Positions 26,111 through 36,638 of a stretch of DNA of 64,000 bases are shown one piece after another. Made by a program: the position numbers and the translations under genes. Below the pieces are notes generated by a model that worked only from the letters and a program-made list of their open reading frames with translations, had not been told where the DNA came from and ran no database searches. Source of the stretch: Acutalibacteraceae bacterium (lineage in GTDB: Bacteria; Bacillota; Clostridia; Oscillospirales; Acutalibacteraceae). Within the stretch, counting starts at the first letter, position 1. The number at the start of each line of letters is the position of its first letter. Location: the NCBI GenBank assembly GCA_045592945.1, contig JAZNVT010000025.1, positions 45,655-109,654 on the forward strand, read 5' to 3'.

Positions 26111-28024
26111 ATGGAAAACAAAAATGAATTCAAACCTTATATCGCCGCCGAAAAGGTGACTCCCGAAATGACGGTAACGTCTATTATTATGGGTGTTATT
26201 CTTGCGGTAGTTTTCGGTGCGGCTAACGCATATCTCGGCCTTAGAGTAGGTATGACTGTTTCTGCATCAATCCCTGCAGCAGTTATTGCTATGGGTGTTA
26301 TTCGTATAATAATGCGAAAAAATTCAATTCTTGAAAGCAACATCGTTCAGACCATCGGCTCTGCCGGTGAATCTCTTGCAGCGGGTGCTATATTTACTCT
26401 TCCTGCACTTTTCCTTTGGGCAGCAGAGGGTAAGATGGAAAAGCCTGACATTCTTGAAATCACTCTTATCGCTCTTATTGGTGGTCTTTTAGGCGTTTTC
26501 TTTATGGTGCCCTTGAGAAATGCACTTATCGTAAAAGAGCATGGCGTTCTTCCTTACCCTGAAGGCACTGCTTGCGCAGAGGTTCTTCTTGCAGGTGAAA
26601 AGGGCGGTGCTAATGCATCAACTGTTTTTGCCGGTATGGGCTTTGCAGCCTTGTTTAAATTTATAATCGACGGTCTTAAGCTCGTTTCAGGTGAAGTTTC
26701 TGCAAGCGTTAAGGGCTTTGCAGGTGAAATCGGAACTCAGATTTACCCCGCAGTTATGAGTGTTGGCTTCATTTGCGGTGCAAGAATTTCATCCTTTATG
26801 TTTGCCGGTGGTATGTTAAGCTGGCTTGTGCTTATCCCTCTTATAGTTCTTTTCGGTGCAGATATCACTCTTTACCCCGGTACAGCACCAATCAGCGAGC
26901 TTTTTGCTTCAGGTGGTGCAGGTGCTATATGGAGCACTTATATCAGATATATCGGTGCGGGCGCTCTTGCAGCGGGCGGTATTATAAGCCTTATTAAAAA
27001 CCTTCCTCTTATCGTTAGAACCTTCAGCGGTGCTATGAAGAGCATGAAGGGTACAGGTGCCGCATCTCAGGCAAGAACAGCACAGGATATTAATCTTAAA
27101 ATCGTTATCATAGCAATCGTCGTTCTTACTTTACTTATCTGGCTTATTCCTGCAATTCCCGTATCACTTTTAGGTGCGGCAATTATCGTTGTATTCGGCT
27201 TCTTCTTTGCAACCGTTTCTTCAAGAATGGTTGGTCTTGTTGGTAGCAGTAACAACCCCGTTTCAGGTATGGCAATTGCTACACTTCTTATTGCAACTCT
27301 TATTCTCAAGGTTACTGGTATGGATGGCGTTGAGGGAATGTGTAGTGCTATTGCGATTGGCTCAATCATCTGTATCGTTTCTGCTATTGCGGGCGATACC
27401 TCTCAGGACCTTAAAACAGGTTATATTTTAGGTTCAACACCTAAAAAACAGCAGATAGGTGAGGTTATCGGTTCAGTTGCTGCGGCACTTGCTATCGGCG
27501 GTACTCTTTACCTTCTTGATAGTGCATGGGGCTTCGGCTCAGACCAGCTCGGCGCACCTCAGGCTACTCTTATGAAGCTTATTATTGAGGGCGTTATGGG
27601 TGGTGACCTTCCCTGGGGTCTTGTGTTTATCGGCGTGTTTATTGCTATTGTTGTTGAAATTATCGGCATTCCCGTTCTTCCCTTTGCAATCGGCGTATAT
27701 CTTCCCGTTCAGCTTAATGCTTGTATAATGGTTGGTGGCGTTATTCGTCTTCTTATGGAAAAAATGAAGAAGAAGGAAGAAGAAAAACAAGAAATTATCA
27801 ACGACGGTATTCTTTTCTCATCAGGTATGATTGCCGGTGAAGGTCTTGTTGGTATTCTTCTTGCATTACTCGCCGTATTCGGTCTTGATTCTGTTATTGA
27901 CCTTTCAGCAAGATTCGGTATTCCGAAAGCAGTTTCTGATATAGGCGGTATAGTTCTTTTTGTGATTATCATTCTTACGTTGCTTAAATTCACTGTTTTG
28001 AAAAAGAGAAATAAAAAAGCATGA
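26111..28024 (+). CDS. OPT-family oligopeptide transporter
   Basis: 637 aa with about 16 TM segments. N-terminal EMTVTSIIMGVILAVVFGAANAYLGLRVGMTVSASIP is typical of bacterial OPT proteins. Confidence 0.8.
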   Translation: MENKNEFKPYIAAEKVTPEMTVTSIIMGVILAVVFGAANAYLGLRVGMTVSASIPAAVIAMGVIRIIMRKNSILESNIVQTIGSAGESLAAGAIFTLPALFLWAAEGKMEKPDILEITLIALIGGLLGVFFMVPLRNALIVKEHGVLPYPEGTACAEVLLAGEKGGANASTVFAGMGFAALFKFIIDGLKLVSGEVSASVKGFAGEIGTQIYPAVMSVGFICGARISSFMFAGGMLSWLVLIPLIVLFGADITLYPGTAPISELFASGGAGAIWSTYIRYIGAGALAAGGIISLIKNLPLIVRTFSGAMKSMKGTGAASQARTAQDINLKIVIIAIVVLTLLIWLIPAIPVSLLGAAIIVVFGFFFATVSSRMVGLVGSSNNPVSGMAIATLLIATLILKVTGMDGVEGMCSAIAIGSIICIVSAIAGDTSQDLKTGYILGSTPKKQQIGEVIGSVAAALAIGGTLYLLDSAWGFGSDQLGAPQATLMKLIIEGVMGGDLPWGLVFIGVFIAIVVEIIGIPVLPFAIGVYLPVQLNACIMVGGVIRLLMEKMKKKEEEKQEIINDGILFSSGMIAGEGLVGILLALLAVFGLDSVIDLSARFGIPKAVSDIGGIVLFVIIILTLLKFTVLKKRNKKA

Positions 28025-28368
28025 AAAAGAATAACAAAGTAAAAGAAAATTATCTTGAAAAAATTCCCTTAAAAAACCCTGAGATTAATTGGTCTGCCGA
28101 TGATAACGGTATGGTAACTCTTGAGGTTGAAAACAAGGGTGTAGCAAACAGAATAGCCCAAAAGCTTTTGAAAAAACCGAAAAAAAGCTTTATTCACCTT
28201 GATGAAAATGGTAGCTTCGTTTGGCCTCTTATAGATGGTGAAAAGGATATTATTGAAATCGGTAAGCTTGTTGAAGCTCATTTTGGTGAAAAAGCGAACC
28301 CGCTTTACGAAAGATTGGTTAAATTCTTTCAGATACTTGAAAATTACAGCTTTATTCAATGGAAATAA
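28021..28368 (+). CDS. PqqD-family small protein
   Basis: 115 aa. Its start overlaps the OPT stop (ATGA). NGSFVWPLIDGEKDIIEIGKLVE..ERLVKFFQILENYSFI is PqqD-like. Confidence 0.55.
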   Translation: MKKNNKVKENYLEKIPLKNPEINWSADDNGMVTLEVENKGVANRIAQKLLKKPKKSFIHLDENGSFVWPLIDGEKDIIEIGKLVEAHFGEKANPLYERLVKFFQILENYSFIQWK

Positions 28369-28454
28369 AGCCGAACAAAGCCTTCTGAACGATAAAATAT
28401 CAGAAGGAATTGCTTAAAACGTATATGAAAAGCTTTTTGAAAGGTAGTGTCAAT

Positions 28455-29420
28455 ATGCCTAAGGTAAGTATAATTGTTCCGGTTTATAACGTTGAAAAAT
28501 ATCTTGATAAATGCGTTGAATCCTTAATAAACCAAACGTATAAGGATTTAGAAATTGTCCTTGTTGATGACGGCTCTCCGGATAGTTGCGGTCAGATGTG
28601 TGAGGAGTGGGCTAAAAAAGATAGCCGAATTGTTGTTTACCATAAGGAAAATGGCGGTCTTTCTGATGCGAGAAACTATGGCATTGACAGATGCAAGGGT
28701 GACTATATTGCATTTGTTGATTCTGATGACTATGTAGCAGATAATTATGTAGAGTTTATGTATAACCTGCTTCAGGAAAATGAAAGTTGTAAGGTGTCCG
28801 CTTGCGATATATGTGCGGTAAGAAATGGCGTTGAATCACCCTACACTGATTTTAAAGGTTCAATTGTTTTTGACAGACGAGAGGCTTTTGAAAGAGTGCT
28901 CTATCATGATTTAATAGATGTTGCGGCGTATGCAAAGCTTTATAAAAGAGAGGTTTTTGCTGATATACGTTATCCTGCGGGTAGAATATATGAGGATACA
29001 TATATTTTCGGCGATATTTTAAATACAACAAATTATATTGTTTTTGGTGGAGAGGCACTTTATTATTATGTGCAGAGAGATGATTCTATAGTAAGCGGTA
29101 GCTTTACTGAAAAAAGGCTTCAATATATTGACTCTGTTGAGCTTCTTGTTAAAGCGGCGGAAGATTGTGACCCCGAGTTGAAGGTGGCGTGCACAAGAAG
29201 ATTATCACATGCTTATCTTAGTGTTTTAAGGTATATGGATAAATGCGACAAAGAATTTTATCCGTTGAGAAAAGATTTAAAGAACAAGATTTTAGCAACC
29301 TCAAAAGAGGTTCTTAATAATCCTAAAACGCCCAAGAGAGACAAAATTGCTATTTTAAGCTTGCGGTTTGGACTTAAGCCATTTTTCTGGGCTTGGAATT
29401 TATATGGGAAAATAAGGTAA
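28455..29420 (+). CDS. Glycosyltransferase family 2
   Basis: VSIIVPVYNVEKYL, VDDGSPD and DSDD motifs. The start could instead be at 28425. Confidence 0.85.
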   Translation: MPKVSIIVPVYNVEKYLDKCVESLINQTYKDLEIVLVDDGSPDSCGQMCEEWAKKDSRIVVYHKENGGLSDARNYGIDRCKGDYIAFVDSDDYVADNYVEFMYNLLQENESCKVSACDICAVRNGVESPYTDFKGSIVFDRREAFERVLYHDLIDVAAYAKLYKREVFADIRYPAGRIYEDTYIFGDILNTTNYIVFGGEALYYYVQRDDSIVSGSFTEKRLQYIDSVELLVKAAEDCDPELKVACTRRLSHAYLSVLRYMDKCDKEFYPLRKDLKNKILATSKEVLNNPKTPKRDKIAILSLRFGLKPFFWAWNLYGKIR

Positions 29421-29434
29421 TCGGAGGTATAAAT

Positions 29435-30202
29435 ATGAGCAACATTCCTAAGGTGATACATTATTGTTGGTTTGGGGGTAATCCGTTACCTGAAGAGTAC
29501 GTAAAATATATGGAGTCATGGGAAAAATATCTTCCTGATTATGAAATAAAATGTTGGGATGAAAGCAATTTCGATTTCAGCACATGCGCATACGCAAAAG
29601 AAGCTTATGATGCTAAAAAATGGGCTTTTGTAAGCGATTATGTAAGATTGAAGGTTGTTTATGATAATGGTGGTATTTATTTCGATACCGACGTTGAAGT
29701 TGTAAAACCTATTGATGATATTATCGAAAAAGGTGCTTTCATGGGCCTTGAAATGAAAAAAATGAAGGCAGGTACCAAAGATGATATTACAGTTGAAGTT
29801 GCTACAGGTTTGGGCTTTGGTGCTCCTGCGGGAATGGAGATTTATAAGGAGTTTCTTGAAAAATACGAAAGTATGCATTTCCTTAATGATGACGGTAGCT
29901 ATAATCAGATAACAACTGTTACTCATATCACTGAGATATTTAAAAAATATGGCTTCGATGGTACAGATACACTACAAACTGTAGGTGGTATTACATTATA
30001 TCCTTCAGAATATTTTGATCCCATTGACTGTGCTACAGGTGAAGAAAGATACACAGATAAAACTGTTACTATTCACCATTATTCGGCATCATGGATGGAT
30101 GGCAAGGATTTGTTAAAAATGAAAATTAAAAAATTACTTGGTCACAGAGTTACAGGTGCGATTATAAGTATAAAAAGGTTGTCAGGTAAATCAGCAGACT
30201 GA
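29435..30202 (+). CDS. Glycosyltransferase with DXD sugar-binding region (GT32-like)
   Basis: IPKVIHYCWFGG and YFDTDVEV. GGAGG RBS. Confidence 0.7.
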   Translation: MSNIPKVIHYCWFGGNPLPEEYVKYMESWEKYLPDYEIKCWDESNFDFSTCAYAKEAYDAKKWAFVSDYVRLKVVYDNGGIYFDTDVEVVKPIDDIIEKGAFMGLEMKKMKAGTKDDITVEVATGLGFGAPAGMEIYKEFLEKYESMHFLNDDGSYNQITTVTHITEIFKKYGFDGTDTLQTVGGITLYPSEYFDPIDCATGEERYTDKTVTIHHYSASWMDGKDLLKMKIKKLLGHRVTGAIISIKRLSGKSAD

Positions 30203-30223
30203 TTTTTATTTGGGGTGAATATA

Positions 30224-31297
30224 ATGAATTGGCTTGTGGTTGAAAAAAATAACGTAGCTGAAGCACATCATACAGCAGGCGTCAAAGCACGTGACGATGC
30301 AGAAAAAATACTTCTTGATGCAGGTTGTAAAGAGCTTAGCATTGAAATTTCAAAAGACAGAAGTAACGCAAGCAAGCTTGACAAGCTTCTTGTTCATTTT
30401 AAACTTTTAAAGGAATGGAACAAAACTTTTGCACCCGTACAAAAAGGGGATACAGTATTTATTCAGTTTCCGATAATTAACCATACATTGATTTTTGATA
30501 TAGCTATAAAAAAACTTATAAAAAAAGGTGTTAAGGTTATAGCATTGATTCACGATTTGGAAATTTTAAGACTTTCATTGGCGGATAACTTTTCCAAGGC
30601 TCAGAAATGGCGCCTTAAAAGAGAAGAGCTTTCTGTTATGAAGCTTTTTACCCAAATAATAGTCCACAATTCATCAATGCTTGATTATATGCATAAAACT
30701 TTAGATATTCCTGAAGATAAGATGGTAAATCTTGAAATTTTCGATTACCTCATTGAAAATCCTGATAACAAAGAGATTGTCAGAAAATCTGATAATTATA
30801 AGAGTGTTATCATCGCAGGAAATCTTAGTCAGATGAAAGCGGCATATGCTTATGATTTGCCTGAAGAAACTCAGTTTGTGCTTTATGGTCCTAATTACAC
30901 AGGCAAAACAGATGGTAATATAACTTATAAAGGCTCTTTTCCGCCTGATGCTTTACCCTTCGTGCTTGAAGGTGGCTTTGGCCTTGTGTGGGATGGTATT
31001 TCATCTACAACCTGTGAGGGTGTTTGGGGTGAATATCTTAAATACAATAATCCCCATAAAACCTCATTGTATCTTGCAAGCCAGTTGCCTCTTGTAATAT
31101 GGGAAAAGGCTGCTCTTGCTGATTTTGTTGTAAAAAATGGTTGTGGTATAACGGTTGCTTCTCTTTTTGATATCCCTGAGGCTATCAATAAGATTACAAA
31201 AGAAGAATATGAAACAATGCTGGAAAATACTAAAGCCGTTTCTGAAAAGCTTGTTTCGGGCTATTATCTTGAAAAGGCGTCTCGCATTAAAAAATAA
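30224..31297 (+). CDS. Putative glycosyltransferase (resembles WbbI-type galactofuranosyltransferases)
   Basis: 357 aa, soluble, inside the GT cluster. Family assignment is from memory only. Confidence 0.45.
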   Translation: MNWLVVEKNNVAEAHHTAGVKARDDAEKILLDAGCKELSIEISKDRSNASKLDKLLVHFKLLKEWNKTFAPVQKGDTVFIQFPIINHTLIFDIAIKKLIKKGVKVIALIHDLEILRLSLADNFSKAQKWRLKREELSVMKLFTQIIVHNSSMLDYMHKTLDIPEDKMVNLEIFDYLIENPDNKEIVRKSDNYKSVIIAGNLSQMKAAYAYDLPEETQFVLYGPNYTGKTDGNITYKGSFPPDALPFVLEGGFGLVWDGISSTTCEGVWGEYLKYNNPHKTSLYLASQLPLVIWEKAALADFVVKNGCGITVASLFDIPEAINKITKEEYETMLENTKAVSEKLVSGYYLEKASRIKK

Positions 31298-31333
31298 AAG
31301 ATAAAATGTAAAAGGAAAAGGAGGCTGTTTTTG

Positions 31334-32581
31334 ATGACTAAAACAAAGAATGCATTAAATTGGGTTGTGCTTAACAGGGAAAAAATTGTAACAACCTTTT
31401 TTGTTGTATTTATGGTCTGCTTCCTTATGTATTCTACTTCAATAGTTCAAAAATACGATATAGCTGTAAAGCTTGTGGCTGCTGTGAGATATTTCAGCTA
31501 CGTAGTTTTAGCAGGTTGCGTTTTGATAGACGTTTTACTGAAAAAGAAAATCTCGATTGTTATGGTTGTCGGTGGCTTGCTGTCGCTGATAGTAATGCTG
31601 TTTACGAAAGAATTTGCAGTGGTTTCAGTAGTAATTGTTTTATCGGCGGTTAGCGGAATTGATGTAAAAAAACTTGTTAAGCCTGTGCTGTGTGTTGTCG
31701 GAATACTTTTCTTTTTGAATGTTATTTTATCTTTAGTTGGAGTTTTTCCTGATTTTGTTTATTCAAGAGGGGATATAGCAAGGCATAGCTTAGGTCTTAC
31801 TTATCCGACGGATGTTTTTGCGGTGTTTCTTTCTCTTGTTTTGATGTATATTTATTTGAGAGAAACGAAAATAAAATATGTTGAGCTTGGTGTTATGTTC
31901 GCATTGACCTGCGCTTTCTATTATCTAACTAACGGAAGGCTGAGCTTTATTTTATGCTTATTAGCTGTTGCAGTTGCACTAGCTTATAAGCTTACAGATA
32001 GGTTTTTGGGTTTCCAAAGGCTTACCGATACAGTTATGACAAATAAAATTTTTAAATGGACTGTAATATCTGTTCCTTTGGTTTTGTTTGTTTTTGCTGT
32101 TGCATTGGTTCTTTTGTATAGATGCGGTAGCAATTTAGGCGAGGTTTTGAACAACGTTCTGAGTGATCGGCTTATATACAGTAGCGAGGCATTTACAAAC
32201 TATCCGTTAACAGCTTTTGGCACTGAAGTTGAGTGGATTGGTTGGGGCGGTATGGGCTACTTGAGACCGTATGATGAAGCAGTGTTATATAATTTCGTTG
32301 ATATATCGTACATCAGAATTTTATTTGATTATGGAATAATTGGTTCAGTAGCTATTTTGTTCGGATATTCGTTAGCTATTAAAGATGCTATAAAAGGAAG
32401 AAATTTATTTTTGCTTACAGTGATACTTGTTATGCTTTGCTGGTGCTTTGTTGAACCGTTTATACTTAATTTAGGTAAAAACATTTTTGTTGTTTGTCTT
32501 GCAAAGTATATGGGTAAATGTGAAATTACCGTAAAACCGCTTACTTACCTTGGTGATAAGTTTGAAAAGCTTTTAGCATAA
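31334..32581 (+). CDS. O-antigen polymerase/ligase-like (Wzy-type) membrane protein
   Basis: About 11 TM segments with a large late loop, in a GT cluster. AGGAGG RBS. Confidence 0.6.
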   Translation: MTKTKNALNWVVLNREKIVTTFFVVFMVCFLMYSTSIVQKYDIAVKLVAAVRYFSYVVLAGCVLIDVLLKKKISIVMVVGGLLSLIVMLFTKEFAVVSVVIVLSAVSGIDVKKLVKPVLCVVGILFFLNVILSLVGVFPDFVYSRGDIARHSLGLTYPTDVFAVFLSLVLMYIYLRETKIKYVELGVMFALTCAFYYLTNGRLSFILCLLAVAVALAYKLTDRFLGFQRLTDTVMTNKIFKWTVISVPLVLFVFAVALVLLYRCGSNLGEVLNNVLSDRLIYSSEAFTNYPLTAFGTEVEWIGWGGMGYLRPYDEAVLYNFVDISYIRILFDYGIIGSVAILFGYSLAIKDAIKGRNLFLLTVILVMLCWCFVEPFILNLGKNIFVVCLAKYMGKCEITVKPLTYLGDKFEKLLA

Positions 32582-32730
32582 TATATAAGGTCTGTGAATG
32601 AAAATCACAGACCTTTATTATTAAGAGATATTATAACTATAGTCATTATATCAACGAAAATAACGTATAATAAAATAATGTTAATCAATTGTAAATTATA
32701 GGAAAATAAAGAAGAATTTTTCAAAAAACC

Positions 32731-32759
32731 TTGATTATTTCAGTTGAAAAGGGTATTAT
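32731..32759 (+). promoter_or_regulatory. groESL sigma-A promoter
   Basis: TTGATT, 17-nt spacer, TATTAT, immediately upstream of CIRCE. Confidence 0.7.
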
Positions 32760-32763
32760 ATAT

Positions 32764-32790
32764 TTAGCACTCACAACAAGAGAGTGCTAA
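32764..32790 (+). promoter_or_regulatory. CIRCE operator (HrcA binding site)
   Basis: Perfect TTAGCACTC-N9-GAGTGCTAA. Confidence 0.95.
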
Positions 32791-32839
32791 AGCCAAAACA
32801 ACCCATAAGGATTGTATTAATTATTATGTATCTTCATAG

Positions 32840-33136
<297 letters not shown>

Positions 33137-33156
33137 TTTACAGGAGGAAAACTTAA

Positions 33157-34803
<1,647 letters not shown>

Positions 34804-34861
34804 GCTCACCTCGTTCGTAAGATAATAGATAAAAGATAATATTGAATAGATAATAGAAAAG

Positions 34862-34905
34862 GGTCTGCGACGCGATTATAATGCTTCGCAGACCTGTTGT
34901 TTTTC
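34862..34905 (+). terminator. Probable groEL terminator, also the degenerate left arm of repeat copy A
   Basis: GGTCTGCGA..TCGCAGACC stem followed by TGTTGTTTTT. The CGATTATAATGCTTCGCA part matches the arm module in inverted orientation. Confidence 0.5.
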
Positions 34906-34934
34906 TGTAAACAAAATTGTAGCGAAGCCTATCA

Positions 34935-35400
34935 CTCTTTTTTTACGCAGTAAAAAAGGAGGGGGGACCGACGCCGTCAGGCGTTGGTGGGTGGTACCCG
35001 ACGTGAGTCCTCGAACGTCGTGAAACCTTAGGTTTCATTGACACAAACTTACCTAAAACAATAAATTTAGTTAGTACACAGTAAGGAACGTGGCTCTGCC
35101 CGTTCCGCTATGGGAGCAATTCATTTGCCGTTATACGTTATTGTATGGGTGAGTTTATTTACACGGAACACCCAGAGGGTGTTCCCTACAGTTGTTCTAT
35201 TATAGTTTTTTGTAATGGTTAGTTTCTAACATTTGAATCTAACGATTCAACTACGCTCCTTTGTCGCGTAGGGTACCACCCACCGCCCCGATTCAGTAAT
35301 AAATAAAGGATAGTATATTCACACGAAATATACTATCCTTTAATTTTAAATTTATTGAAGGTCGGTCCCCCCTCCTTTTTACCTGCGGTAAAAAAGAGGG
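34935..35400. repeat. Core of modular repeat / candidate large structured RNA, copy A
   Basis: Homologous to 39176-39710. Closed by a ~35-nt helix (34935-34969 / 35364-35400) and a perfect 14-bp helix (34986-34999 / 35271-35284). Multiple internal hairpins. No credible ORF. Confidence 0.8.
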
Positions 35401-35670
35401 ATAAATAGTTTTTCTATCCGTCTAAACCTAAGACGTAAGAGAACTACCCACCACCAAAAGCAAAGCTTTTGGTCCCCCTCCCTATTTGCTAACGCAAACA
35501 GGGATGAAAAGCTTCGCAAAATTTTAACTTATGCTCCTTGCGAAGCTCTATAATCGGCACGAAGTGCCCCTTCACTCCTAACTCCTCACTCCTAACTCCT
35601 CACTTAATAGTGAACGAAGCCTCTGGCATCTGGCATCTTCATTTGCCACTTGCCACTTCCAATTTGCCAT
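35401..35670. repeat. Arm module of the repeat family, copy A right arm
   Basis: Homologous to 39711-40002 and, inverted, to 38841-39175. Ends one nt before the rsmA stop codon. Confidence 0.8.
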
Positions 35671-35671
35671 T

Positions 35672-36523
35672 TTATTTTAAAGCTTCCGCAAGCCTTGCAA
35701 AGTCCTCCATTGTAAGCTTTTCGGCTCTTATAGTTTTTTCGAGCCCTGCCTTGCTGATAGCCTCGGCAACCTTATCCTTACCTATACCTAACCCTGCACT
35801 TATAGAGTTTTCGGCTGTTTTTCTTCTTTGTGAGAATGCCGCTTTTACAGTTTTAAAGAAAAATTCTTCATTTTCCACCTTAACGGGTGGCTCTTTTCTT
35901 ATTGTAAGGCGAATAACCTCACTATTTACTTTAGGAGGCGGTAAAAAAGAATCGCTTGGCACGAAGAAAAGCTCTTCGCTTTCGGCATAATAATTTACCG
36001 CAACGGTAACGGCACCGCCGTCACGGCTACCCACCTCGGCACAAAGGCGGTCAGCCGCCTCCTTTTGCACCATAACGGTTATTGCCTTCAAGGGCAAACG
36101 GCTTTCTAAAAGCATCATAATTATCGGTGAAGTAATATAATAAGGAAGGTTTGCACACACTACAACGTCCATTCCCTTGCATTTTTCCTCAATAATCTGA
36201 GGTAAATTTGCCTTCATTACGTCTTCATTTATAATTTCAACGTTGTTAAAATCCGCAAGAGTTTCCTTTAAGACGGGCAAAAGGCGTCTGTCAAGCTCGA
36301 AGCTTAAAACCTTACCCGCTCTTTTAGCAAGCTCGGCAGTTAAAACGCCTACACCTGGGCCTATTTCAATAGCACAGGTATTTTCATTAAGAAAAGCCGC
36401 CTCCGCCATAGCGGGACAAACCTCAGGGTCTACAAGGAAATTCTGACCTAACCCCTTATTAAAGGTAACTCCGTGCTTACCCATTACTGATTTTATAACG
36501 TTTATATCGGAAAGATTTTTCAT
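35672..36523 (-). CDS. rsmA: 16S rRNA (adenine1518/1519-N6)-dimethyltransferase RsmA/KsgA
   Basis: GQNFLVD and EIGPGVGVLT motifs. Start at MKNLSDINVIK. Confidence 0.9.
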   Translation of the reverse strand: MKNLSDINVIKSVMGKHGVTFNKGLGQNFLVDPEVCPAMAEAAFLNENTCAIEIGPGVGVLTAELAKRAGKVLSFELDRRLLPVLKETLADFNNVEIINEDVMKANLPQIIEEKCKGMDVVVCANLPYYITSPIIMMLLESRLPLKAITVMVQKEAADRLCAEVGSRDGGAVTVAVNYYAESEELFFVPSDSFLPPPKVNSEVIRLTIRKEPPVKVENEEFFFKTVKAAFSQRRKTAENSISAGLGIGKDKVAEAISKAGLEKTIRAEKLTMEDFARLAEALK

Positions 36524-36638
36524 TTTTACCCCCGAAAAGTATTGAAAATAAATATAGATTAAGATATATTTAATTATACAAGTTATAAATTGGTTGTCAA
36601 TGAAATTTCTTATTTTGATAACCTGAAGGAGATTACCT

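Noticed and set aside
34935-35400. The repeat core as RNase P RNA, tmRNA, 6S RNA, a T-box, or a group I or II intron.
   Set aside because: I see no GAGGAAAGUCC / ACAGAA-type RNase P blocks, no tRNA-like acceptor with a tag ORF, no T-box or specifier features, and no group II domain V/VI or intron-encoded protein. Two copies in non-equivalent contexts also argue against a housekeeping RNA.
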